From assembly GCF_009914755.1 (NCBI RefSeq), contig NC_060943.1: a stretch of 64,000 nucleotides of DNA. One strand, written 5' to 3'. Shown here one piece after another: positions 1 to 38,665 of the stretch; positions within the stretch are counted from its first letter, which is position 1, and each line of letters starts with the position of its first letter. Below the pieces are notes generated by a model. It made no database searches. It was not told where the DNA came from and worked only from the letters and a program-made list of their open reading frames with translations. The translations under genes were made by a program, and so were the position numbers. The stretch is from the human T2T-CHM13v2.0 reference genome, Homo sapiens.

Positions 1-99
1 TGAGACTCCATCACACACACACACACACACACAAAAAGGTTTTCTCTCTCTGAGCCTCAGTTTCAACATCTGTAAAATGGCAGTATCCTAACAGGGCCC

Positions 100-1724
<1,625 letters not shown>

Positions 1725-1725
<1 letters not shown>

Positions 1726-1984
1726 GGCTGAAATGTAATGGCACGATCTTGGCTCACTATCACCTCCGCCTCCCGGGTTCAAGCGATTCTCTTGCCTCAG
1801 CCTCTTGAGTACCTGGGATTACAGGCATGCACCACCACAACTGGCTAATTTTTGTATCTTTAGTAGAGACGGGACTTCACCATGTTGCCCAGGCTGGTCT
1901 CAAACCCCTGAACTCAGGTGATCCGCCCGCCTCGGCCTCCCAGAGTGCTGGGATTACAGGCATGAGCCACCGCTCCCAGCCTGG
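1725..1984 (-). mobile_element. Alu (antisense)
   Basis: Reverse-complement Alu consensus. Confidence 0.9.
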
Positions 1985-3259
1985 TTCACTTCTCTCCAAA
2001 TCCTTCATGTCCCACCTGTACCAACCTGAGGCAGCTGCCTCCTCCTTGATGGCCTAGTGTCCACTCCTGCCCCCTAGAGTCCATTCTCATCACTACAGCC
2101 ACGGAATTCTCTTTGTTTTAAGTACATAATAATCCATGGGGTGCTCCTCCCATTACTGGGCTGGGAAAGCCAGGTCCTGGAGTTGGCGCTAGAAAATGGT
2201 CCCTGCCCTCTTGGAGGTTACGGTTGAATCAAACAACTACACAAATAAATATACTCTTACAAATGGAAGTCTGTACCATTCACTGGTACATTCGACCCTA
2301 TCATACTGGTGCTTCTTTCTAAAACTCAGCTGGCACTCCAGTTCTCTTTTGAGTAGAAAATAAAAAAGAAAACAATTTTTAAATAAAGTAAAACACAGCT
2401 GGTCTTTCATTCCTCTGCCACTGTCAGCTATTTCAACCAAAAAGAACCTCTCCTCCTGGAAAACTCTTATTCACCCGTCAAAACCCAGCTTAAAGTTTAC
2501 TTCCCTTGACCCACTTTTCTACTACATCTCAGAAAATGAGATCTTCCTTTCACTGTGATACTATGGAAGTCAATAAACCTCTGAAGCATTCAACTCAAGA
2601 AGTCCTAGAGAAATAAGCTGAGAAAGGAATTTGTCCTGGGTAACAAAAGTGGAACTTTATCCATTAAAACACATAAAAACGCTAGAATAAAGAAAAAAAT
2701 TTGGGAAATAGAATTTGTTTTCTTTTTCTGTTTCTTGAATAAACTCTAGCCAGTTTATTCAAGAAACAGAAAAAGAAAACAAATTCAATTTGCCACAACA
2801 GAAAGGTGGCTATAAACGCAGATTTAGAGTTTTTTAAAATAAAAGAGTATGATATACAACTCTATGCTGAAATTTAAAAAATCTCAATGAAACTGAGCTT
2901 TCTGTAAACATGTAAATTATCAAAATTAATTCAAGAAGGAATAGAGGTACTGAATGCATAACTAAATAATGACGAAAGAAACTAAAGATATTATGAAAAA
3001 TAACCTCCAAAAAGGTCAATCCCAAATGGTTTATGGAATCATTTAACCTTCAAAAGTTCAAGAAATAGATAAAGATTTCTAAGGTTTATGGACTCATTAA
3101 ACTTCAAAAGTTCAAGAAATAGATAAAGATTCCTAAAATAGATGAGAAATTTCCTAATCATTCTATAAACAGCTCAATCCTGGTACAAAACCTGACTATC
3201 TACCAAAAAATTTTTAAGACCAAGTTCTCTGTCTCTCTTTCTGTCTCTCTCTCTCATAG

Positions 3260-3300
<41 letters not shown>

Positions 3301-3305
3301 GCTAA

Positions 3306-3509
<204 letters not shown>

Positions 3510-3977
3510 TAATTCTGAAAACCTAAATGCTCTGGGCACAACAAATATTTGGCATAAATTTGGCACCAAAACTAAGTTGGTAACCAACTTCACTAAAAGT
3601 GATATTGTCTATTTATATTATTTATGACACCTATATGAATATTCATGGATTTTCTCTGCTGAAATATTAATGTGCTTGATTATGAGGTCCCCCTATATAC
3701 ACCATAAGTGGTGTTAGGTAGTAACACACTATATGCACTCTATTGAATATATGTGTGTATTAAAATAATAAATGATATATAATTAATAAATTATAATAAA
3801 TAATTAAGAAAAATAATTAACAAAAATTATTAATAAATAATAAAACTACATCCGAGTTTATGGCCACCTTTCTGTTGTTTAGATAATTGAATTTTTCTTT
3901 TTCTGTTTCTTGAATAGACTTTATTTAAGACCCTAGAGGTCTATACCAGGAACACATGTATGAATCAATGTAGGCAG

Positions 3978-4170
3978 CAATGTGTTGGAACTGGCTCAGA
4001 ATGGGTCACACTGGCCAATGGGCAGCATCTCTTCCCAACCTACCCTTAGTGCCATCATCTTGGGTAGCTTGAATCACCCACAGTGGAAGTATTTACACCA
4101 CTGGAATTGGCAAATGCTACAAATTTGGAACTCTCTTTTTTTCCATTGGCCAGCACCTTCTTAACACTGG
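3978..4170 (+). mobile_element. MER63-type hAT-Blackjack DNA transposon fossil
   Basis: catctcttcccaac...gtatttacaccactggaattggcaaatgctacaaat...ccagcac resembles the MER63 consensus as I recall it. Confidence 0.7.
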
Positions 4171-4267
4171 GAAATCTTTTAAATAAAACTCACTGTCTGT
4201 AGGTAAAAGAAAAAAAAATAGTGCTTGTTCATCTCCAAAGAAGTCAAACAGTTGTTAGATAAAATCT

Positions 4268-6740
<2,473 letters not shown>

Positions 6741-6989
6741 CATTTCTTGTTTCCTCATTTCCAAACTCCACAAGCCTGAGACAGAAAAAGCATGCACTTT
6801 AGACTGACTACCTTGAGATTCAAATCTTGGCTCTTCCACTTTTCAGCTCTGTGACTGTGACTAGGAATCATGTTTCATCTCTCAGAGTCTCTGTTTCCTC
6901 ATTGTGTTGTTGGAGGAATGATAGCAATGGATGAAATATTGAATCATGTGCCTGGACATAATTATTGCATTATTGTTGCTACTCCTACC

Positions 6990-7959
6990 TACCATCATAA
7001 TCATCACCACCATCATTACTGTCACCATCACCATCTCCACCACTATAATCACCAACATCACCAACATCAATATCACCATCATTGTCATCACCATCATCAC
7101 CATCACCATTGCCATCTCCATCATCATCATCACCAGTATCACCACCATCAATATCACCATCATTGTCATCACTGCCATCATCACCACCATCACCATTTCC
7201 ATCACTATAATCACCAACATCACCAACATCAATATCACCATCATTGTCATCACCATCATCACCACCACCATCATCATCACCATCACCATCATCATCGCCA
7301 TCACCATCATCATCACCATCATCATTATGATCACCATCATCTTCATTATCATCACCACCACCATCATATCACCATTATCATCTCCACTGCCATTATCACC
7401 AACATCGCCACCATCAATATCATCATCATTGTCATCACCATCATCATCACCACCATCACCATTACCATCACCATCACCATTTCCATCACTATAATCACCA
7501 ACATCACCAACATCAATATCACCATCATTGTCATCACCATAATCATCACCACCATCATCACCACCATCATTATGATCACCATCATCTTCATTATCATCAC
7601 CACCATCATCATATCACCATTATCATCTCCACTGCCATTATCACCAACATCACCACCGTCAATATCATCATTGTCATCACCATCATCATCACCACTGTCA
7701 TCACCACCATCACCATTACCGTCACCATCACCATTTCCATCATTATAATCATCATCACCAACATCAATATCACATCATTGTCATCACCATCACCATCATC
7801 ACCATCACCATTACCATCTCCATCATCATCACCACCATCACCACCATCACCATTACCATCACCATCACCATTTCCATCATTATAATCACCAACATCAATA
7901 TCACCATCATTGTCATCACCATCATGATCACCACCATCATCACCACCATCATCACTATG

Positions 7960-7990
<31 letters not shown>

Positions 7991-8380
7991 CCACCATCAT
8001 CATATCACCATTATCATCTCCACTGCCATTATCACCATCGCCACAGTCAATATCATCATCATTGTCATCACCGCCATCATCATTACTATCACCGTCATCA
8101 TCTCCATCACCATTATCACCAGCATCATCACCATCAACACCATCGTCATTATCACCATCATCATCACCACCATTATAATCATCATCAATATCACCATCAC
8201 CATCATAATCACCATCATTATTACCACTGCCATTATCATAATCATTATCATCACTGTAATTACTATCATCATCACCATCATTAACTTCATCATCACCATC
8301 ATCACTATCATAATCATCAATATCATCACCATCACCATTATCACCATCACCACCACCAACATCATTATTATAATTATCAT
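6990..8380. repeat. ~1.4 kb degenerate (CAT/CAC)n trinucleotide array with higher-order duplications
   Basis: Seen directly; the unit tctccactgccattatcacc recurs at 7381, 7626 and 8017. Confidence 0.97.
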
Positions 8381-8929
8381 TCTTGTTGCTGTTATTATGT
8401 TCTGTCATTAAGTTCATAATGATCCAGTTTGTGATAAGATGACACACTAGTGTGGGCTGCTAGCTTACTCCCTACAAAACGAACACAGGAGAGAGAGGGA
8501 AGCAAGGCATTGAGGGATTAATATAAAAACCATGAGAAACCCTGCTGGTGAACAGGTGCATGTGTCTGGGGGGCCACAGTAGATCATAGGACAGGAGGGA
8601 GGTGGGAAAAAGGAGATTTACATTCCGTTTGTGCCTTTCCCCTTTATTGTCCTGGGAGGGTCAGTGTTTGTTCCATGTCTCAGGTGGGATTCTTTGGAAG
8701 CAGACACAGAAAAAGAGTTTTAGGTGCAAGATATTTATTAGAGGCCAACACCTATGAAAGGAAGGGAGAGGAAGCAGAATCATCAGAGAGGGAAATCACA
8801 GTGCATGGTAGATTCTCAACAAAGATGGTTGAACGAATAAATACTTGAACTAATGGAGTTATATGCCCAGAGTGGGGCAGTTAACTTCCATTTCTTCCTT
8901 CCATGAAGGTTTTTTTAGGTGTGCACTTA

Positions 8930-9778
<849 letters not shown>

Positions 9779-9899
9779 ATCATCATACCCAGTGAATACA
9801 TCAGACAAAGGAGGCACAGATGTTAAGCAACTTTCCCACATGAGTGGTAAGTAGAGGAGCATGGAACGTGGCTGGAAATAAACTGGACAGGTTCCTGAT

Positions 9900-10210
9900 T
9901 GTACAAGTTTCCGTTCCAGCTGCAGAGAGAGAACAATGAATAAATCCCAGTAACAATGAATAAAGTCAAGAAGTGTCATGAGAGTAGAATAAAGAAAGTA
10001 GAGGGGTGGGGGGCATGTGGAGGGAGGCCTGCCTGAGGTGACTTGTGACTTCAAGTCTAGAGAATGAGAAGGGGCCATCCGTGAAGATCCCGGAAGCAGA
10101 GGGGACCTGGAAGAGAGAACGCTGAGCAGAGAGAACAGCATGTGCAAAGTCCCGGAGGCTGGAGAGAGGTCTGTCTGAAGGACGAAAAGGCAGCCTGTGT
10201 GTTCGATTTG
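9900..10210 (-). mobile_element. L2 fragment
   Basis: gaacagcatgtgcaaagtcccggaggc is a typical antisense L2 3' motif. Confidence 0.65.
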
Positions 10211-10717
10211 TTGGGAGGAAGATATAAAGCAGTGTTCATAACTTCTTAGTCCTGGGCCTGGCACTCAGCCCACACTGACTAAATGCAACAATTGTTACAA
10301 CTTCATTCTAAGAGGTGGGCGCCTCCGTAGCTGCCCTCTGGGGCTAAGCTTTGGGAAGTCCCCTAGCCTTCGGATGTGAATCGTCTGCCGTGGGAACCTC
10401 TCCCAGGTCTGGCTCAGGAAAGCTTGGGAAGGTCCTAACCGGTCAGCGAGTCATTCTTTCTCACGTCCTCAAACACAGCCCTGGGGTCACCCCCACCTAC
10501 CTTCCAGGAAGAGGGCTGGGGATTCAGCACCCCTCCCATTCTCCTAAGAAACCTCTGTCAGATGACAGCTGACTGCTTTTTTTTTTTTTTAAACACAATA
10601 GTCACATTGGAGAAGGGAAAAACTAAAAAAAAAGAAAGTGCTCAAAAGTCATTTTTATCCAAAATATTTGTATGTATTAACTATATATTTTATGCACACT
10701 GCAATGACTGCTGCTCA

Positions 10718-11800
<1,083 letters not shown>

Positions 11801-11881
11801 AGATACATACTACGTAGATAGATATATAGATAGTTAGAGTCGTAGGTAGATGGATGGATGGATGGATGGATGGATGGATGA

Positions 11882-12192
11882 TGTATTCGTCCATTCTCAT
11901 ATTGCTATAAAGAAATACCTGAGACTGGGTAATTTATAAAGAAAAGAGGTTTAACTGGCTCACGGTTCTGCAGGCTGTACAGGAAGCAGGGTGCTGGCTT
12001 CTGGGGCGACCTCAGGGAACTTACAATCATGGCAGAAGGTGAAGAAGGAGCAGGCACGTCTTACATGGCAGGAACAGGAGCAAGAGAGAGTGAGGGGAGG
12101 GGAGAGGTGTCACACACTTTTAAATGACAGAGTCTCACGAGAACTTATTGTCACACTGTCACAAGAATAGCACAAAGGGGATGGTGTTAAAG
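11882..12192. mobile_element. MST-type ERVL-MaLR LTR fragment
   Basis: tgctataaagaaatacctgagactgggtaatttataaagaaaagaggtttaa...cttacaatcatggcagaagg is a hallmark of THE1/MST LTRs. Confidence 0.85.
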
Positions 12193-12358
12193 CCAGAGAT
12201 CCTCAACCTTTTTGGCACCAGGGACCAGTTTCATGGAAGACAGTTGGAAGGTGGCGGTTCCAGGATGATTCAAGAACATTACATTTACTGTGCACTATGA
12301 TGCACTGTTGTTATATTATTACCACATTGTAATACATAATGAAATTATTATACAACTA
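12193..12358. mobile_element. MER1-type hAT-Charlie fragment, followed by an Alu (12359-12685 +)
   Basis: caacctttttggcaccagggaccagtttcatggaagaca, nearly identical to the element end at 49702. Confidence 0.8.
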
Positions 12359-12478
12359 GGCCGGACCCAAGGCGGCTCATGCCTGTAATCCCAGCACTGT
12401 GGGAGGCTGAGGCGGGCAGATCTCTTGAGGCCAGGAGTGTGAGACTAGCCTGGCCAACATGGTGAAACCCTGTTTCTA

Positions 12479-12512
<34 letters not shown>

Positions 12513-14653
12513 AGCCGGGCACAGTGGTGCAAGCCTACAGTCCTAGCTACCCAGGAGTTTGAGGCGGGAGAATCACTTGAACCCTGGAGGCGGAGGTGGC
12601 CGTGAGCTGAGATGGTGCCACTGCGCTCCAGCCTGGGTGACAGAGTGAGACGCTGTCTCAAAAATAAACGTATAAATAAAATAAAGACGACTCAGAAAAC
12701 AAAATGGGGGAGGTATGGAGGGGAGCAGAGAGATAGAGAGAGGTGAAGTCCCTTGAGGGAGTACTGTTTGAGCAGACTAAAGGATAAAGAGCCAGATGTG
12801 CCTCCAGGGTGACATCCACACACCTGTCCAGATGACAAACACAGGTTCTCAGCCCCCACCGTCCACCTAGGATTCCTGAGCCCTCTCCTGCTGACACCTG
12901 GCAGGGTGCTGAGCCCATGAGCTCATGGGAAGAGAGGAGCCCATAGCCATGACCCCTTGCCCACCCGCTGGACACCCTGCCCTTCCTCTGGGGTTCCCAG
13001 ATGCCCTGGCACAGTGCTACCTGGAGGAAAAGGAAGAGCGTCAGCCGGGGGCAGCCTCTGCCTTGCGGGCCAGCTGCTGGGATGGGAGACCTCCTTCCCA
13101 GCCCTCCCCCTTCCAGGGCAACCAGAGGAGCAGCTGGAAAGTTCCAGGCTCAGGAAATGCAAATAGATGAATGGAGGGAAGTGGACAGGGACACTACACC
13201 CATAGACTTGAGGCTGTCAGTCAAAAGTGCTGACCCTGGAGCCTGTCCCAGACCCTGTCCGCTGGGGAGTCAGGCTGAGAGCTGGGTGGCATTCTCGCTC
13301 CCCATCCACCCATATCTACACAAAGTCCAGCTCATTTTGCCTCTCGAATTCCCCCCCGAGTCACCCACTTTTCTCCCTCCTATGGCTGGGCCACTGTCCT
13401 GTCTTCCTGAATGACAGCATTGCCACCTTGCCAGCTTCCAGGATTATACCCTCTAACCATTCCTTCCATGCCCAGTTAAAGGGAGCTTTCTGAAACAAAG
13501 AGCAGACTTTGCCTCCCCTCCGCATAAAACTTCCCATGTCTCCCCATTGCCTTAGGGATAAAAGCTAAAGCTATGCCATTGGACCCAGACACAATGGCCT
13601 CTGTCTCTAGCTTCCCCCATTATAGCCACTTTCCCCTTTGGTTCTCCTTGCTGTGGATGAGTGCAATCACCTGTGGCCCTGTGCTTGTCCCAGGTCCTTC
13701 ACATCCTTCAGGTATGTGCTGGGCACTGCTTCCTGAGGAAGCCTCCCTGGACTTCCAAGTCTGGGGCTCAGGGGCTGCTCACCTGGGCTCCAACTATCAC
13801 ACCTGCCATATTGCTTTGTGCTTACTGAATAATGCAGTGTGGGAAGGGAACTGCTGTGGCATGGCCCTGTGTGCCCTGATGAGTCTTCTGCAGGTGCAAG
13901 TGGTGAGCAGAGGTTGTCCACTGCACCATCTGTGTGAGTTCAGGTCACTGGCAGAGACAGGCAGGGTTAGCAATACGGGTGCCCGGCCCCTCGGCCAACG
14001 TGCCTAACACAGGTTCCCAGAGGCTGTGTCTCTCAACATGCCGTTAACAAAGCAGATGTTCTAAGGGGTTCTGCATGCTGCAGCCTCTGGGGGACAGTGT
14101 GTCACAGAGCCTTGCCTCACTGAGCCTCAGCTTCCTCATCTACAGAACGGGGCCAATAAAGCCAACAGGGCCTTCCTCCTTGGATGGTTGTGAAGATTGC
14201 ATGAGATTAAATAAACTACATAGAAAGTGCTCAGAGAGGGGTGACCCCTCTTTTATGATTCATAACCAGTGCCAGAAGCCACGCCAGGACACATCTTGCC
14301 ATTGGAAGTATGTAAAGTAATGGCACTGTGCTTCTGTGGACATCTCATTACGAGAATGTTCAGTTCTTGGGTTATATTAAGATGCGGTTTTCCTGTTGAA
14401 GCCTCTAAAGTCCCTTGTGGTTTCTCTGGGGTCCAACAGCCTGGATGCGAAAAAGAAAGAGCCCAGCCTGCTGCCCCACCCCGTGTTACTATGAGAATTG
14501 GGGAACCAGCCCCTGGGGACACAGATGCTATCACAAAGAGTCCCTGAATTGGCTTGCCACATTTAACGGATAAATATATAAGATACTCAGGTTCCTATAT
14601 TTGATCTGGCAACCCTATTTCCAGAAGTGTGCTAGGTACTCTCACTTGTCTGA

Positions 14654-23370
<8,717 letters not shown>

Positions 23371-23376
23371 GCTGTG

Positions 23377-25141
<1,765 letters not shown>

Positions 25142-25339
25142 TTGTTCCGCCAGCTTCCAGGTACCCATGTAACAATGTAGCCACGTGTGTTTCTGTCTCT
25201 CTGTGTGTACCCACCATGCTGGTGTGTGTCTGGGTGCCTGAGTCTCTACGGATACACATGACCTGCACGTCCCTATATGTTGCTGTCTATACACCCATGT
25301 GCCTGGGTGAGGCCCCCACACCCTGTTCCTCTTCAGCAG

Positions 25340-25910
25340 TTGGTTCCACAGGAAGCTGCTGGGGTGGGGGTTGAGGACGCTGGGCCTCCCTCCAGCTCCC
25401 CACCCCTCCTCCTCAAGACACCTGCATGCGCAGGGCTGAGGGGTGGGAGCAGGGCTCTCTGCCTCCAGAACCCCCATCCTCTGGGCTCTTTTTAGGCCCC
25501 TAGATTGGCCTGCAGCTGGGAGCAGAGTGGCAAGCATGCAGGCAGGCAGTTGAGAAAGAGGAAGTCGAGGTGCTATTGGGTCATTCTGTGGTTATCCCAG
25601 GCTCTACCCAGCCAGCGGTTCCCTTGGGCCAGCTCGAAACGCTGGCCGTAGGTCATGGGAGCTGCAGGAGCTGTTAGCCAGGCTAGGTGCCTGCAGGTTG
25701 AAGAACTGAGCTCTATCTGGTAAGTACTTATCCTGGGAAGTGGAGAGAGATGGACCCATCGGGACAGAGTGGCAGTGGGGTCTGGGAAGTCTAGGGGGAC
25801 AGCGAGCAGACATACATCACTGTTTCTCTCCCCCTTGCAGTCAACTTGCTTCCTGAGTGGGTGGGGGAAGCTGTTTGACCCTTGCGTTCATTGTGCAGAG
25901 ATCTGTGGTC
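25340..25910 (+). promoter_or_regulatory. Non-CpG-island promoter/5' regulatory region with haematopoietic motifs
   Basis: AAAGAGGAAGT (PU.1 box) at 25555-25565; TGTGGTT (RUNX) at 25587-25593 and TGTGGTC near 25903; CTATCT (WGATAR on the - strand) at 25713-25718; CAGGAAG ETS cores near 25349 and 25847 (- strand). Confidence 0.5.
25415..25719 (+). other. ARHGEF18: ARHGEF18 upstream non-coding first exon (exon 1a, 5' UTR); 5' end approximate
   Basis: Consensus donor CTG|GTAAGT (GT at 25720-25721) in unique sequence. When joined to exon 2, a TGA at 25707 is in frame with the main ORF, so this exon is non-coding for it. The start coordinate rests on my recollection of an exon of about 305 nt and cannot be read from the sequence. 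Confidence 0.7.
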
Positions 25911-25972
25911 ATAAGAGGTCACCCCAGGGGACGGGGATCCTTGAGGGGCTGCTAGGTAAGAAAGGAGGGTGG

Positions 25973-33301
<7,329 letters not shown>

Positions 33302-34519
33302 TGAAAGAGGGGGCCAATGTGAAGATTCGTTAGCTCATTCATTCCACTGACCCTCCTTGAAGGCTCATTGTGTACCAGGCACTGTGCCGGGGTCAGGGAG
33401 CAGATGGGAGTGCCAGGGGACCCAAGGGCTGGGGTTAGGGGGAAAGAGGATGGCCTGGGAACTGGGATGCAATAGAAGAGTAATCATCAGGATAAAAGTT
33501 GTTGGTGGCTGTTGAGCTCTCATGAAGTTGGGCTCAGAGAGGTTGAGCGACTTGCTCGAGGTCACACAGCAAGTATATGCTGGAGGAACCGGGATTTGAA
33601 GCCGATTCTGTGTGAGGCCACTTTGATGTGTTCTGACTGATGAACAAAGCTGCCAGTGTGGGCAGCTGGAGTGCCTGGGGAGGGTTTTTAGATCCAACGG
33701 TGGATGGCGATCCTGAAGAATCAGTGTATCTGCCATGGATTACCAAAGTGTCCGCCTGTGACCCAGGTCCCTAAGAAGTTCTGTCCCTCTTGTGGCTGCT
33801 CAGCTCACCCTGTCTCCCTGCCCAGGCAGTTGAGGCTGGGATTTATATGCTAGCAGGTGGGGGAGTGAGCTGTGGGAACTGACAGTGACTCTTAAACCCT
33901 TTTATGGCTGATGCTGTGGGGGCTGATAGTGGAGGAGGCTGCCTGGGACTGAATCCAGGCTGATGGACAGCTCCTTGGAGAGAAGCATGGGGGTGGGGAG
34001 CAGGGTGCATCCCCAACAGAGCCCCTTTCCCTGAGGCCTCATTTCTCCTCTGGCTTAGCTCCCCTGGGAGAGTGACTCCCTTACAGCGTGTCTCCTGTCA
34101 TCAGCCTTGGAAAGCAGGGAAGAATGGCCTTTTTGTCACCCTCTTAAGCTCTGTAATTGGCTGTCTGGGCACCTAATAGGAATTTCCCGGGGAAAGGGTG
34201 GGATTGGACTTGGGGTGGCAAGTAAGGCTTGAGAGAGGAGAACTGAGACCTTCAGTGAAGGGTCCCAGTGCCCCTTCCCCATCAACTGCCCCCATTACCC
34301 ATTCTGCTCATGCTTTTTCATTCATTCCTCAATCTGTTGGTGCATGTCTGATGAGTGCAGTCTGTGCCTCGCTCACCTTGGTTTCCTTCCTGTGTGGCTC
34401 TTCTGCCACAATTCTGTCCCTCTTCCTTCTATATGTGCTTCCTCACCCCCTCAGAATGCCATCTCCTGAGTGTAATGCATCGCTGCCTCTGGACACTGCC
34501 ATATAACCTATCCATCCCA

Positions 34520-35070
34520 CTGTCTACCCATTCATCCCTGCAACCATGCAACCATCCAACTATCTATCCAGCCAACCAGCCAATCAGCCAACTCTTCAAC
34601 CATCCATCCTTCCATCCATCCATCCATCCATCCAATCAGCCAACTCTTCAACCATCCATCCTTCCATCCATCCATCCATCCATCCATCCATCCATCCATC
34701 CACCCATCCACCCATTCTTCCATCCATTCTTCCATCCATCCATCCATCCATCCATCCACTCTTCCATCCATCCAACCATCCATCCATTCAACATCCATTC
34801 ATCCATCTACCTATCCATCCACCCATCCACTCATACATCCAATTATCTACTCATTCATCCATTCACCTATCCATCCATCTACCTGTCCAACCATTCATCC
34901 ATCCACCTATCCATCCATCTACCTATCCAACCATTCACCCATCTGTCTATCCACTCATTCATCCATCCATCCATCCTTCTACACATCCACCCATCCATTC
35001 AACCATCCACTCACCCATCCATCCATCCATCCATCCAACCATCTATCCATTTATCTACCCATTTATCCAA
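34520..35070. repeat. Degenerate (TCCA)n array
   Basis: Seen directly. Confidence 0.95.
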
Positions 35071-35822
35071 ATATATGGGCACTGACTCTGTGCCCAACCC
35101 AACACAGCATAGGATAGCCTGGTGATTGGGATCTCTTCTTTGAATTCAGAAATATCTGAATTTGACTCCCAGCTCTACCTCATACCAGATTGGTATGGCC
35201 TTGGTAAAGTCAGTGCACCTCTCTAAACCTCAGTTTCCCTTTCTATAAAATGAGGACTCAGAGTTGCTGTGAGTATAGAAGAGTGAAAAGTACATGATGG
35301 GCTTAGCACTAAGCCAGACATATAGAAAGTGATTGATACAAGATTTTACCTTTTGGAGCTTGGGGATGTAAAAGTGGATCAGATATAGTCACTGCCCTCA
35401 CAGACCTCATGCTCTAGAGCATGGATCAGCAAACCTTTTCTATAAAGAGCTAGGCAGAGCAATCCAAAGTCCTATGGCTAAAATTGTCTGCAGAGGATCT
35501 GAGACAGAGCCCTCAGTTGCCAGGCAGGAAGAGTGGTAGGAACAGCACAGAGATACCAGGAGAATGGTGAGTTGGGTGTGCATGTGTGTGACAGGGAGGT
35601 AAGAGGACAGGCTGAGGAGGGCTCTGAATGTCATTCTAAGGGGACTGGAGTCTATAGGGGTGGGGATCAGTAGAAGGGGAGTGACCATCAGAGGGTCATA
35701 TCAAAAGGACACACCAACTCCAGGACAGAAGATGGACTACAGGGGAGAGACTGGTAGCTGAGGGTCAGTGACAAATGTGATTGGCAATCGTTTGGGGCAA
35801 TTGTGGTTGGTAATTGACAGAG

Positions 35823-36210
35823 CTCAGTCTATGACACTGGGATTAGGGCTTAGCTCATAATACTGGAATCAGGACACAGCCTATGACATCAGGATTGGAG
35901 CTCAGTCTATGATGCCAGATCAAGATTCAGTCTATGACACCAGGATTGGGGCTCAGTCTATGATACCAGGATAAGAGCTAAGACTATGACACCAGGATTA
36001 GGGCTTAGCCTATGACACTAGGATCAGGGATCAATATATGACACCAGGATAAAGGCTTAGTCTATGACACTAGGAGGGGGGTTCATTCTATGATACAAGA
36101 ATGAATGCTCAACCAATGACAGCCAGATGAAGTTCAGTCTGTGATATCAGGATCAAGGCTCAGTATATGACACCAGGATCATGGCTCAGTCTGTGACACA
36201 AAGATTGGAG
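35823..36210. repeat. Diverged minisatellite, 15 x 25-26 bp, consensus about CTCAGTCTATGACACCAGGATYAGGG
   Basis: Units parsed by hand start at 35823, 35849, 35875, 35901, 35926, 35952, 35978, 36004, 36030, 36056, 36082, 36108, 36133, 36159 and 36185. Confidence 0.92.
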
Positions 36211-36309
36211 TTGAGTCAGTCATTGGGAACTAGGATCACAGTTGAGTTCATCATCAGGTCAAGCTCAACCTGTTCCTCGGTCAGAAGCTTCCCTATAAAA
36301 ACAAAACTC

Positions 36310-38427
<2,118 letters not shown>

Positions 38428-38428
<1 letters not shown>

Positions 38429-38665
38429 GAAGAAGAAGAAGAAGAAGAAGAAGGAGAAGGAGAAGGAGAAGGAGAAGAAGGAGAAGAAGGAGAAGAAGGA
38501 GAAGAAGAAGGAGAAAAGAAGAGGAAGAAGAGGAAGAAGAAGACAAGAAGAGGAAGAGGAAGAAGAAAGGAAGAAGGAAGGAGAAGAAGAGGAGGAGGAA
38601 GAAGGAGAAGGAGGAAGAAGAAGGAAGAAGGTGGAGGAGGAGGAGGAAGAGGAGGAGGAGGAAAA
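38428..38665. repeat. GAA/GGA polypurine tract grown from an Alu tail
   Basis: Seen directly; almost no pyrimidines. Confidence 0.95.

Noticed and set aside
6870-8447. 292-aa poly-His ORF and overlapping poly-Ile/Thr, poly-Met/Val and poly-Asp ORFs
   Set aside because: They are translations of the CAT/CAC array, which is poor in stop codons in several frames; no promoter or splice structure supports them.
35823-36210. CRISPR-like appearance of the 26-bp array
   Set aside because: The units are contiguous with no unique spacers, there are no cas genes, and the DNA is primate intron.
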